64,000 bases of DNA from an uncultured Candidatus Saccharibacteria bacterium (GCA_964372755.1 CAYJQX010000001.1:6563-70562); one strand, 5' to 3'. Counted from the first letter of the stretch, positions 55,307 to 63,989 are shown. Made by a program: numbers and translations. Notes: a model not told the origin generated them from the letters alone.

Positions 55307-56473
55307 ATGATTTCAAAATATATTCAAGGTGTTGCTCTTTTGGTTGGAATGATTTTTGGGGCTGGTATTTTTGGCTTGCCTTATGTTTTTAGCGAAGCTG
55401 GCTTGGCTTGGAGCTTGCTGTTTTTTTTCTTGGCGCTTTTTATTGTCCTTATCTCACATATTCTCTATGCGGAGATAGTTTTTTTTCTAAAAGGAAACCA
55501 CCGTTTTGTTGGATATACAGAAATCTTGCTTGGTAAAAACGCCAGGATTTGGGGTCTTTTGAGCACTGTTTTTTCATACTATGGTTCACTTCTTATTTAT
55601 GGTCTTTTGGGAGGGATTTTTGTCAAGAATATCTTTAGCAATTTAGAGGTTGATATACTGACTTATTTATTTTTTTTGCTGGCTGGTATGCTCACCCTTT
55701 TGAAATTAAAAGATTTTGCCAAGGTTAATCTGTATCTGACCATTCCCTTACTGGGATTTGTAATATATCTTTTTTTCTCCTCTCTGCCTTTTATCAATAC
55801 AGAATATTTTTTATCTTCAGGTAATCACAGCTTCTCTTTTTCTTGGTTTTTGCCTTTTGGAGTATGGCTATTTGCTCTGGGAGGATATTCGTCCCTTCCG
55901 GAGGTAAGAGATATTTTTCGAAAAAGCAGTTTTCATCACTTTAGAAGAGTTATCCTTTTGAGTTTTGGGACTATTGTTTTTTCGTACCTTCTTTTTATTT
56001 TTGGCATATGGGGAGTAAGCGGTCCTCTTACAACGGAAGACGCTCTTTTAGGACTTCTTCCCGTTCTGGGATCGGGAGTTTTGTTGATTGGTTCTTTAAT
56101 AGGTATTTTAGCGGTTTTGACTTCTTATTTAGCCTTATCGGAAGATATGCGCTTTATTTTTAAGTTTGATTACAAGATTTCATCAACTTATGCTTGGCTT
56201 CTGACGGTGGCTCCACCGGTACTTTTTTTTGCCATGGGCGCCCAAAATTTTACAAGAGCCCTTAGTTTTATTGGCACCGTAGGATTGGGTATCTTTGCTT
56301 TGTTTATTGTTTTAATGTCAAAAGCTTTGAGAAAAGCAAACGAGACACGCCCTGAAATTTTTCAAGTCCTGCCCCGAAATGGAGAGTTACTGAAGTATTC
56401 AAAATTTTATGAGATTACAATTTTACTTGGCGTAGGCCTAGCTTCTATTCACGAGATCTGGAGAATTTTTTGA
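55307..56473 (+). CDS. amino-acid permease-family transporter
   Basis: Eleven or twelve TM helices. N-terminal GAGIFGLPYVFSEAG is typical of the aromatic/hydroxy amino-acid permease family. Confidence 0.55.
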   Translation: MISKYIQGVALLVGMIFGAGIFGLPYVFSEAGLAWSLLFFFLALFIVLISHILYAEIVFFLKGNHRFVGYTEILLGKNARIWGLLSTVFSYYGSLLIYGLLGGIFVKNIFSNLEVDILTYLFFLLAGMLTLLKLKDFAKVNLYLTIPLLGFVIYLFFSSLPFINTEYFLSSGNHSFSFSWFLPFGVWLFALGGYSSLPEVRDIFRKSSFHHFRRVILLSFGTIVFSYLLFIFGIWGVSGPLTTEDALLGLLPVLGSGVLLIGSLIGILAVLTSYLALSEDMRFIFKFDYKISSTYAWLLTVAPPVLFFAMGAQNFTRALSFIGTVGLGIFALFIVLMSKALRKANETRPEIFQVLPRNGELLKYSKFYEITILLGVGLASIHEIWRIF

Positions 56474-56522
56474 GATATTTTTGATCGCGATTGCGATGAT
56501 TTAAACTTTTTTATAAGACAAG

Positions 56523-56569
56523 AGTCAGTCAGCCTTAAGCAGTTTGCTTTACCTGACTGACTATTTTTT
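56523..56569. terminator. bidirectional terminator between the permease gene and rplT
   Basis: AGTCAGTCAG ...20-nt loop... CTGACTGACT is a perfect 10-bp stem, followed by ATTTTTT. The rplT stop codon lies in the loop. Confidence 0.7.
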
Positions 56570-56888
56570 CAAAGACAGCAGGATTGTTCTCGGCCAAAAA
56601 GGCAAGAACTTTTCGATCCAAAATAATGTTTCGTTTCTTAAGCTTGTCGATAAATTTACTGAAGGAAACTCCCAGTTTTCTTGAGGAAGCATTGATTTTC
56701 ACTTGTTGAAGCTCTCTCATTACGCCTTTTTTCTTTCTTCTGGCTTGAAAACTGTTGACACCCGCATGGAAAATGGCTACTTTAGCCGCTTTTTCTTTTG
56801 ATTTTATGCCAAAACGAAAACCTTTAGTTTTTTTCAAAACATTCCGTCTTCTTTTCGTTGCGATCATCCCACGTTTAACTCGAGCCAT
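56535..56888 (-). CDS. rplT: 50S ribosomal protein L20
   Basis: MARVKRGMIATKRRRNVLKKTKGFRF matches the L20 signature. Confidence 0.9.
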   Translation of the reverse strand: MARVKRGMIATKRRRNVLKKTKGFRFGIKSKEKAAKVAIFHAGVNSFQARRKKKGVMRELQQVKINASSRKLGVSFSKFIDKLKKRNIILDRKVLAFLAENNPAVFEKIVSQVKQTA

Positions 56889-56922
56889 ATTTTTAGATTA
56901 AGCAGGTCTTATTAATTAATGA

Positions 56923-57117
56923 TTATTTATGTGGCATAAAACGAGCCAACGACTTGTTTTTGATATTAACGCTAATCCTCCTTTTTTTATCTAATTGATT
57001 AGATCGATTTGCTTTGGCATTGAAATGATTCAAGCCGGCTCGGCGCCCCAAAACCTTGCCATTTTTGGTGATGGTCAGTCTCTTACTGAAAGATTTGTTT
57101 GTTTTGTTGGATGCCAT
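56923..57117 (-). CDS. rpmI: 50S ribosomal protein L35
   Basis: 64 aa, basic, between infC and rplT in the conserved infC-rpmI-rplT operon. Confidence 0.85.
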   Translation of the reverse strand: MASNKTNKSFSKRLTITKNGKVLGRRAGLNHFNAKANRSNQLDKKRRISVNIKNKSLARFMPHK

Positions 57118-57118
57118 A

Positions 57119-57628
57119 TTATTTCTTTTTTTCTATGATTATGTTTATGCCTCGGGGACCCTTTTTAGGTTCCTGGGCTACTTTATACTCTTCTGTCACA
57201 AATTTCAAGATGCGACTCATTCTTTCATTCAAAAAACTTGGTTCCAGATATTTTTCCCTTCCTCTCAACACCATGTCTATCTTGACCCTGTCCCCATCCT
57301 TTAAAAACTCAGAGATCTTCTTGGCCTTCATTTGGAGGTCATGTTCACCAGTACCTAGGTTTACTCTCACCCCCCGGATCTCCGTTTCTTTTACCTTACT
57401 CATAGCTTTTCGCACTTTCTTTTGTTCTTCATATTGCCACTTGCCATAGTCCATGATTTTTACAACTGGCGGAGTGGCACTTGAAACCAATTCAATCAAA
57501 TCAAACTCCAAAGACTTGGCTCTTTCTAAAGCTTCTGAAGTTTTCATCACACCCAAATTCTCTCCGCCGGGGCCAATGACACGAACTTCTTCGGAATCTA
57601 TTTGATTATTGATGCGAATTTTCTTCAA
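57119..57628 (-). CDS. infC: translation initiation factor IF-3 (TTG start)
   Basis: KKIRINNQIDSEEVRVIGPGGENLGVM matches IF-3. The start codon read by hand is TTG (revcomp of CAA at 57626-57628). Confidence 0.9.
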   Translation of the reverse strand: MKKIRINNQIDSEEVRVIGPGGENLGVMKTSEALERAKSLEFDLIELVSSATPPVVKIMDYGKWQYEEQKKVRKAMSKVKETEIRGVRVNLGTGEHDLQMKAKKISEFLKDGDRVKIDMVLRGREKYLEPSFLNERMSRILKFVTEEYKVAQEPKKGPRGINIIIEKKK

Positions 57629-57717
57629 TCAAGTTCTTATTTACAAGGTACATTGTAACACAGGATAGGTTTATAAGTCCAACCCTGTTTCTAGCAATTT
57701 TCTGGTATAATGAACAT

Positions 57718-58164
57718 ATGCCAGTTTTAGCCGAAAATCGTAAAGCCAGATTTGATTATGAAATCATTGAAGTTTTTGAATCGGGCTTAAAACTTACAGG
57801 TAGCGAAGTGAAAGCTGTTCGGGATGGAAAGGCCTCTATTGCGGGCGCTCATGTCATTATTCGCGGCGGGGAAGCTTATATTGTGGGGGTATCCATACAG
57901 CCATACCAGCCTTCAAATAAGTCTTCTTTGGTGGAAAAAGAAAGAACCATCACTCTTCTTCTAAACAAAAAGGAAATAGAATATCTTTTTGGGAAAACGG
58001 AAAAAACTGGTTTGACAATTGTGCCTATACGTGTTTATACTAAAGGGCCGAGAATAAAGCTGGAAATAGCTCTTTCTCGAGGCAAGAAAAAGAGCGATAA
58101 GAGGGAAACCATAAAAAAAAGAGACGATGAAAGGATTTCCGCTCGCGCTCTAGTACGGGAGTGA
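57718..58164 (+). CDS. smpB: SsrA-binding protein SmpB
   Basis: ENRKARFDYEIIEVFESGLKLTGSEVKAVRDGKASIAGAHV matches the SmpB signature. TGGTATAAT lies 6 nt before the ATG. Confidence 0.9.
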   Translation: MPVLAENRKARFDYEIIEVFESGLKLTGSEVKAVRDGKASIAGAHVIIRGGEAYIVGVSIQPYQPSNKSSLVEKERTITLLLNKKEIEYLFGKTEKTGLTIVPIRVYTKGPRIKLEIALSRGKKKSDKRETIKKRDDERISARALVRE

Positions 58165-58228
58165 CAATTGGTATCGACAAGAAATGTACTTTTATATGCG
58201 CATCGAGCAACATCTCAAATCTCGTAAA

Positions 58229-58516
58229 TCTGGGGGATAAAAACTCAAATGTAGCATCACCTTTTGCTACTCCGGCTCCCGCATACGCGTAAAGTCGGCG
58301 TTTCTTTCCGCAATTCTTGGTAGCGGAGAGAGGCGTTAATTGCCAAGATCGAAATATCACTTTGATTGATAGATGATGTTTCTAAACAAAAATCAATCAC
58401 GGCTTTAAAGATTTGGCCCACTTTCTACTTTAAGGTTTAAAAAATAAAGTGAAGCTACATGCGTAGAAATATTCAAGGAACCTTCTTGCACGTGGGTTCG
58501 AACCCCACCACTTCCA
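58229..58516 (+). ncRNA. ssrA: candidate tmRNA (ssrA) region; ends not resolved
   Basis: Immediately downstream of smpB. A tRNA-like T arm GTGGG TTCGAAC CCCAC (58492-58508) is followed by a 7-nt acceptor-like strand CACTTCC plus A (58509-58516). Upstream candidate 5' end GGGGGAT (58229), hairpin GTAGCA..TGCTAC and a short Ala-rich frame GCT ACT CCG GCT CCC GCA TAC GCG TAA (ATPAPAYA*). The intrinsic terminator at 58580-58607 closes the region. No clean 5' acceptor partner could be found by eye. Confidence 0.35.
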
Positions 58517-58579
58517 CTCGACTCGTTTTGCTTTGGAAAGCAAAACTCGCTCGTGGTAAACCACGTGAGCGATAAAAAT

Positions 58580-58607
58580 ACCCAACCGTAACGGTTGGGT
58601 ATTTTTG
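58580..58607 (+). terminator. rho-independent terminator
   Basis: ACCCAACCG taa CGGTTGGGT ATTTTTG. Confidence 0.7.
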
Positions 58608-58699
58608 AGTTGAGTGCCCCGAGGTTTTGTCGAGGGGCAGTATTCGACGAGTCGAGCGGGCTGTTTACCATGAAGTATCCGAGGGGATATAATTTATCT

Positions 58700-58966
58700 A
58701 TGTATTTTGTTTATATGATTATGAATTCTAGTAGAGATCTTTATGTCGGAGTTACTAAAAATCCAAATGAAAGAGTAAATTTTCATAACAAAAAACAAGG
58801 AGCGAATTTTACTAAAAATAGACTAGAATTCAAGATAGTTTTTCTTGAAGAGTATAAAAGTTTTAAAGAAGCAAGGCAAAGAGAAATCCAAATTAAAAAA
58901 TGGCGAAGAGACAAGAAAGAACGTTTAATAAGTCTTTACAAACAAGGATTAAACACAAAGAAATAA
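58700..58966 (+). CDS. small GIY-YIG nuclease-superfamily protein (YhbQ/UPF0213-like)
   Basis: MYFVYMIMNSSRDLYVGVTKNPNERVNFHN matches the GIY-x10-YIG...R...H...N pattern. TATAAT lies 6 nt before the ATG. Confidence 0.6.
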   Translation: MYFVYMIMNSSRDLYVGVTKNPNERVNFHNKKQGANFTKNRLEFKIVFLEEYKSFKEARQREIQIKKWRRDKKERLISLYKQGLNTKK

Positions 58967-59041
58967 TAGCGGTAATCAAGAGTGGGTTTCCGAGTCGTTC
59001 CAACCCTCGGAGTTACCTCTATTATTTGATAATATAGGCTT

Positions 59042-59671
59042 ATGAAAAATCTTGCTTCAATTTCAAAAACAAAAAGATTTGCTTTCATAGATGTTCAAAA
59101 CACAGCGAGTACAACTGCTAAATTGCTCGGATTTATTATTGATTGACATAAACTTAGTGTCTATCTGAAAGAAAAATGGAATTGTGAAAAAGTTTTCTTT
59201 TATTCTGGTATTGACGAAGGGGATACAGAGTCTGCAAAAGAATTCGATTCTCTGTCAAAAAGTGGCTGTATTGTAAAAGCTAAAACCGTTTTTTCTTACA
59301 AGAAACCGGACAAAACAATATCTATAAAATGTGTTGATTGCGGAAAAGATAATGTTGAAGTTGTCGACATGGGATATAATAGAAAATCAAATTGTGATGT
59401 TGATTTGACTGTTGATGCTATGGAAATAGCCAGCACTAAAACAGAATTTCTTATTTTTACCGGTGACGGTGATTTTGATTATCTTATTCGTAAAGTGGTG
59501 GAAAGAGGAACAAAAGTTTATATAGTTTCTTCCAATGCTGGAGTTCGAAAACCTGGAATAAATACAAAACGCCTTTCTACTAGGCTTAAAAGCCTAGTAG
59601 ATGGAAATAGGGGAAAAATTAACCTTATTGATATCAATAGTTGGAAAATGAGGATAAAGAAAGAGATATAA
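59042..59671 (+). pseudogene. NYN/LabA-like (PIN-related) domain gene interrupted by an in-frame TGA at 59144-59146
   Basis: A single frame reads MKNLASISKTKRFAFIDVQNTASTTAKLLGFIID * HKLSVYLKEKWNCEKVFFYSGIDEGD...NCDVDLTVDAMEIAS...EFLIFTGDGDFDYLIRKVVERGTKVYIVSS. The NYN/LabA conserved blocks span the stop. TGA is a genuine stop elsewhere in this window (for example pilB). Confidence 0.5.
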
Positions 59672-59855
59672 TACAAATCGCCACGAAGCGTGGCGATTTG
59701 CGAATGACATCAGCATACTATCAAAATCAGGGAAAAAGTCAAGGTTAGTGTAGATAAAACACCGGAAACACTCAATCTCGCCCAATTGAAAGTTTATCGT
59801 TTTCGTGACTTATTATTTGCCTTTCTGCCCCTAAAATCCTATACTCTTTAGGTAT

Positions 59856-61718
59856 ATGGAAAGCTTAAAATCCTTTTCCCGCCATATTGTGGCCGCCCTT
59901 TTGATTCTGATGATTATGGCCGGTTTGTATTCCATAATTGTCGGACGCGAAGCCAAAAAACCGGAGACTCTGACTCTTTCGGAGGTTGTTGGCGCTATCA
60001 AAGGAGGCAATATCAAAAATATAGAAATCAAAGGAAATGATTTAAAAATTGTTTTTGGTGATGACTCTGTAAAGGAAGCAAAGAAAGAAAGCGATGCGTC
60101 TTTGACTGATACTCTCGCCAACTACGGACTTTCTAAAGAGGAAATTTCCAAAGTGGGAATTTCCATAAAAGAACCCTCAGGTTTTCTTTTCTGGATTGGA
60201 AATATCTTGCCCTTTCTTGCTCCCATTATAATTATCCTTGTTTTTTTCTGGCTGGCTTCAAGGCAGGTCAAGGGGGCAAGCGGACAAGCTTTTTCTTTCG
60301 GGCAATCAAGAGCGAGGATTGCTCTGCCGGATGATCAAAAACCAAAAACTACTTTCAAAGATGTGGCGGGCGTGAAAGAAGCCAAAGAGGAACTTCTGGA
60401 AATCGTGGATTTTTTGAGAAGTCCGGAAAAATTTCTTTCAATCGGAGCAAAAATTCCCAAAGGCGTATTGTTGATGGGCGCGCCGGGGACAGGAAAAACT
60501 CTTTTGGCCCGCGCGGTAGCGGGCGAAGCAGAAGTGCCGTTTTTTCATATTTCCGGTTCGGAATTCGTGGAAATGTTTGTGGGGGTGGGCGCTTCTCGCG
60601 TGCGTGATCTGTTTAAGATGGCTAAACGCGCCGCTCCTGCCATAATTTTTATAGACGAGATAGACGCGGTGGGAAGACACAGGGGTTCTGGTATGGGAGG
60701 GGGACATGACGAAAGAGAGCAGACCCTAAATCAGATATTGGTGGAAATGGATGGATTTGAGCCGACGGAAAAGGTGATTGTAATGGCAGGGACAAACAGG
60801 CCGGATGTGTTGGATCCTGCTCTTCTTCGGCCGGGCAGGTTTGACAGAAGAGTAATTTTGGATTTGCCGGATATAAAAGAAAGAGAAGAGATATTGCAGA
60901 TTCATTCAGTCGGGAAACCGCTTGCGAAAGATATTGTTTTAAGAGTCATTGCCGAGCGCACTCCGGGGTTTTCCGGCGCTGATCTCATGAACTTAATGAA
61001 CGAAGCGGCAATTTTAACCGCTCGGCAAAACAGGAAAGAAGTGGAGCAAGATGATCTTATTCGTTCTATCGAAAAAGTAATGCTGGGGCCGGAGAGAAAA
61101 AGCCGGTTACTGACCGCGAAAGAAAAAAAGATTACCGCTTATCATGAAGCCGGGCACGCTCTCGTCTCTTCTGTTTTGCCCCACGCCGATCCGGTGCATA
61201 AAGTCTCAGTTGTCTCAAGAGGGAGAGCTGCCGGCTACACGCTAAAACTTCCTCTTGAAGAGAAACATCTTCATTCAAGAGCCCATTTTCTGGACGATTT
61301 GGCGGTTTCTATGGGCGGTTTTGTGGCGGAGAAATTAATTTTCGGAGATATGACTACGGGAGCTTCAAACGATATTCGCGTTTCGTCTGATTTAGCGCGT
61401 GCGGTAGTCACAAAATACGGCATGTCGGAAAAAATCGGGCCAGTCGCTTATGGTGAGGACGAGCCGGCTCTTTTTCTGGGAAAAGATTTTGGGCATGGTA
61501 AAAACTACTCCGAAGAAACAGCCAAAGAAATTGATGCCGAGGTGACCAAACTGATGAAAGACGCCGAAAGGCGGGCGCGGGATGTCATCACCAAACACAA
61601 AGACGCGCTGGAAGCCATTACAAAAACTCTGATGGAAAAAGAAACGATCGAACAGGCGGATTACGAAAAAATAATATCCTCTTTTGGAATTACGCCTAAG
61701 AGAGTAGAGATAGTATAG
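59856..61718 (+). CDS. ftsH: ATP-dependent zinc metalloprotease FtsH
   Basis: Walker A GAPGTGKT, the SRH, the zinc motif HEAGHAL, and an N-terminal TM pair. Confidence 0.9.
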   Translation: MESLKSFSRHIVAALLILMIMAGLYSIIVGREAKKPETLTLSEVVGAIKGGNIKNIEIKGNDLKIVFGDDSVKEAKKESDASLTDTLANYGLSKEEISKVGISIKEPSGFLFWIGNILPFLAPIIIILVFFWLASRQVKGASGQAFSFGQSRARIALPDDQKPKTTFKDVAGVKEAKEELLEIVDFLRSPEKFLSIGAKIPKGVLLMGAPGTGKTLLARAVAGEAEVPFFHISGSEFVEMFVGVGASRVRDLFKMAKRAAPAIIFIDEIDAVGRHRGSGMGGGHDEREQTLNQILVEMDGFEPTEKVIVMAGTNRPDVLDPALLRPGRFDRRVILDLPDIKEREEILQIHSVGKPLAKDIVLRVIAERTPGFSGADLMNLMNEAAILTARQNRKEVEQDDLIRSIEKVMLGPERKSRLLTAKEKKITAYHEAGHALVSSVLPHADPVHKVSVVSRGRAAGYTLKLPLEEKHLHSRAHFLDDLAVSMGGFVAEKLIFGDMTTGASNDIRVSSDLARAVVTKYGMSEKIGPVAYGEDEPALFLGKDFGHGKNYSEETAKEIDAEVTKLMKDAERRARDVITKHKDALEAITKTLMEKETIEQADYEKIISSFGITPKRVEIV

Positions 61719-61791
61719 CTGTTTAGATAGATATTTTTGTAAAAACGAACACACGCTGTATAATATACGCACCATTTAATGGTTCGTATAT

Positions 61792-62457
61792 ATGGCAAGA
61801 AAAGAAGATAAAATAAAAGCAATAAGTCTCCGGCTTAAAGGCCAAAGTTACAGCCAAATAAAATCTAAAATTAAAATAAGTAAAAGCACCTTGAGCAATT
61901 GGCTTCAAGATTATCCGCTTTCAGAAAAGAGAATAAGAGAACTTCGCGATTTAAATCCCCAAAGAATAGAGAGGTATAGGGCAACTAGAGCTTTGCAGAA
62001 AAAAACTCGCTTGGATGAGATTTATGCAAAAGAGAAGAAAGCGCTTCTGCCTTTTTCAAAACGAGACCTTTTTATCGCAGGTCTTTTCCTGTATTGGGGA
62101 GAGGGAGGGAAAACCGCCAATGCACAGTTGACTTTAACAAATACAAAACCAAGTATTATCAAGTTTTTTATTTTTTGGGCGGACAAAGTTTTAAAAATAA
62201 ATAAAAAAGATATTGTATTTCGTCTGCATATTTTTAAGGATATGAGTCCCGAGAAAGAGATATTTGCTTGGTCTAAAGAGTTAAAAGTTTCTAAAAATCA
62301 GTTTAGGAAATGTTTTGTAAAGAAAACTTTAAGTTCTAGCGTGACATACAAAAGAAGCTTTAGGCATGGGACATGTGACGCGATAATCAGGGGTGCTCGA
62401 TTAGCAGAAAAAGTTTTAATGTCACTTAAAGCGATTGAAGATAGTTTCCGAAATTGA
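61792..62457 (+). CDS. HTH + LAGLIDADG-like endonuclease family protein (paralog of 1866-2540)
   Basis: HTH QSYSQIKSKIKISKSTLSNWLQD. LAGLIDADG-like block FIAGLFLYWGEGGKTAN. The stop lies 18 nt before the tRNA at 62476. Confidence 0.5.
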   Translation: MARKEDKIKAISLRLKGQSYSQIKSKIKISKSTLSNWLQDYPLSEKRIRELRDLNPQRIERYRATRALQKKTRLDEIYAKEKKALLPFSKRDLFIAGLFLYWGEGGKTANAQLTLTNTKPSIIKFFIFWADKVLKINKKDIVFRLHIFKDMSPEKEIFAWSKELKVSKNQFRKCFVKKTLSSSVTYKRSFRHGTCDAIIRGARLAEKVLMSLKAIEDSFRN

Positions 62458-62475
62458 TATAGTCAGCAAATAAGC

Positions 62476-62547
62476 GCGTCCGTAGCTCAATGGTAGAGCA
62501 GTCGTCTTATACACGACTGGCTGGGGGTTCGAGTCCCTCCGGACGCA
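62476..62547 (+). tRNA. tRNA with anticodon TAT (UAU; would decode AUA = Ile); CCA not encoded
   Basis: GCGTCCG TA GCTC AATGGTA GAGC A GTCGT CTTATAC ACGAC TGGCT GGGGG TTCGAGT CCCTC CGGACGC A. The cloverleaf is regular. Anticodon stem GTCGT/ACGAC is perfect and the loop CTTATAC puts TAT at positions 34-36. Confidence 0.65.
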
Positions 62548-62563
62548 TAGCAAGTCTTCAGGC

Positions 62564-62585
62564 ATGCGTCTGGAGGGACTCGAAC
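62564..62585 (+). repeat. inverted copy of the tRNA 3' end, forming a 22-bp hairpin with the tRNA T-arm/acceptor 3' strand
   Basis: ATGCGTCTGGAGGGACTCGAAC is the reverse complement of the tRNA 3' end GTTCGAGTCCCTCCGGACGCAT (62528-62549). One G-U position. A 14-nt spacer separates them. Confidence 0.6.
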
Positions 62586-62716
62586 AGGAAAGGGGTCGGG
62601 CGATTTTTAAGCGTAAAAATCGGTTCAAAATCTGCTAATTTTAAACTTCCTTATTCTTCTATTTTTCCCGTGGAGGAAAAATACGAAACCGTGGGTTTAG
62701 TAGGAGCGAAGCGACG

Positions 62717-62739
62717 TTTGATTCCCTCCGGACTCATAT
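62717..62739 (+). repeat. direct degenerate copy of the tRNA(UAU) 3' end
   Basis: GTTTGATTCCCTCCGGACTCATA versus tRNA GTTCGAGTCCCTCCGGACGCATA gives 20 of 23 identical, about 170 nt downstream of the tRNA. Confidence 0.5.
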
Positions 62740-62805
62740 AATATTCTCTCCCTGCCCTTGACTTCACAACACCAGATATGATAGAAATTTTACTGGAAAT
62801 ACCAA

Positions 62806-62878
62806 AGCGGGTTCGTTCAAACGGTCCAGGACGCCTTTCTCCCCGGAAGGAAATAGGGTTCAAATCCCTACCCGCTTT
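62806..62878 (+). other. tRNA-like element / possible pseudo-tRNA (T arm and acceptor fold; D arm does not)
   Basis: AGCGGGT ... TAGGG TTCAAAT CCCTA CCCGCTT T. The acceptor (7 bp) and T arm are good. A candidate anticodon arm CCTTT CTCCCCG GAAGG exists, but no D arm could be folded. Followed by the terminator at 62881-62920. Confidence 0.3.
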
Positions 62879-62880
62879 TA

Positions 62881-62920
62881 CCCACAATCATTTTTTATAA
62901 TTGTGGGTTTTTTATTTTTT
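62881..62920 (+). terminator. rho-independent terminator
   Basis: CCCACAAT cattttttat AATTGTGGG TTTTTTATTTTTT. Confidence 0.7.
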
Positions 62921-62941
62921 AAATCGTATAATGGATAAGAA

Positions 62942-63766
62942 ATGGTAAATAAGGAGGTTTTAAATTATATCAGCGGGGAAATGGACAAAGGAACGTCGCG
63001 CGAAGCGATAGAAAAAAATCTTTTAAGCAATGGCTGGGACGCCAATGATTTAAAAGAAGCTTTTGCTTTAGTTTCTAGCGTCAATTCTTCATCTTCTTCT
63101 CCTGTCAACGCAAATAAAATTTCTGACATGAAGGAGGGAGTTTTAAAAACTGAACAGACCTTTCCCTCCGTGAAAACAATGCCAAATGAGGCAACCGACA
63201 ATAACTCTATAAATCCTGTTGCTAATTCTCCGTCTCCTAACCTTTCAAATAAAATTCCCGAAACTAAGCCTCTTTCTGGCTTTACGACGATGCAGAGCCA
63301 GCTTAGCCAATCGCCCTCGCCTCAAATGAATTCAGGAGAGACTAATTTATCGCAAAACTTTGCTAGTGTCAAAACCGTGACTCGCGAAACAAAAACAAGC
63401 GGTTTTATGGGATATGTTTGGACAGCTTTAATTTTCGTTTTAATTGGTCTGGGAGGAGGATTTTATATCTCAAATAAATTTTTTGGAATATCTGAACCGG
63501 TGGAGGAATACACCTCCTCAACACCACAGCCTGTTCTGCCCCCAACAAAAGATGTATCCGAAGATCCGGTATCAAATGAGATAGCAACCAGCACGAATGA
63601 TATTATATGTATTCAAGTGGTCACGAAAGCCAGAGATCCAAAGACGAAGATCGTAAAAGAATTTGGAACTCCTTGCGATGTTCCTGAAGGATGGGAGATA
63701 ATCTCTGCAACCAGTACGGATGTTTCTCCTTTGTCTAATTCAACATCTTCTGTTCCTAAAAGATAA
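62942..63766 (+). CDS. single-pass membrane protein, Ser/Pro-rich, unknown function
   Basis: TCGTATAAT lies 9 nt before the ATG. One TM helix (FMGYVWTALIFVLIGLGGGFYI) and low-complexity S/P/N-rich segments. Confidence 0.4.
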   Translation: MVNKEVLNYISGEMDKGTSREAIEKNLLSNGWDANDLKEAFALVSSVNSSSSSPVNANKISDMKEGVLKTEQTFPSVKTMPNEATDNNSINPVANSPSPNLSNKIPETKPLSGFTTMQSQLSQSPSPQMNSGETNLSQNFASVKTVTRETKTSGFMGYVWTALIFVLIGLGGGFYISNKFFGISEPVEEYTSSTPQPVLPPTKDVSEDPVSNEIATSTNDIICIQVVTKARDPKTKIVKEFGTPCDVPEGWEIISATSTDVSPLSNSTSSVPKR

Positions 63767-63767
63767 G

Positions 63768-63989
63768 CTACTCAAAATGAATTTCTTTGTGCCTCTTTTC
63801 TATAATCTGGAGAAGAGGTTTATTTTTTTCCAATTCAGGATCGTTTGATAAAATTAATTTCGCTTCCTCTCTGGCCGCTTCCACCATGCGAATATTTTTT
63901 ATCGCTTCCATGCCGACATCCGATATTCCCCACTGCTTTACCCCATCCAAATTTCCCGCGCCCCTAAATTTTAGGTCATATTCGGCCAA
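63768..63989 (-). CDS. small hypothetical protein (may extend beyond window end)
   Basis: 73-aa ORF at the window edge. No family recognised. Confidence 0.3.
   Translation of the reverse strand: MAEYDLKFRGAGNLDGVKQWGISDVGMEAIKNIRMVEAAREEAKLILSNDPELEKNKPLLQIIEKRHKEIHFE

Noticed and set aside
58634-58660. GGGGCAGTATTCGACGAGTCGAGCGGG as the canonical tmRNA 5' end (GGGG..GGAUUCGAC..GGG)
   Set aside because: It lies downstream of the tRNA-like T arm and of an intrinsic terminator. Its first 7 nt do not pair with the acceptor-like 3' strand CACTTCC. Kept only as a note within the ssrA finding (possible permuted arrangement).
58040-58671. minus-strand ORFs 58040-58360 and 58405-58671 from the track
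   Set aside because: They overlap smpB and the structured ssrA-candidate region in antisense. They have no motifs and no promoter or start context.
59144-59146. TGA recoding (genetic code 25/4) to explain the in-frame TGA in the NYN gene
   Set aside because: TGA clearly functions as a stop for neighbouring genes (pilB, the secreted protein at 21888, others), so the standard code applies. Pseudogene or error is more parsimonious.
62806-62878. calling this a functional tRNA
   Set aside because: The acceptor and T arm fold well, but I could not fold a D arm or a convincing anticodon arm (position 37 would be C). Listed as a tRNA-like or pseudo element only.
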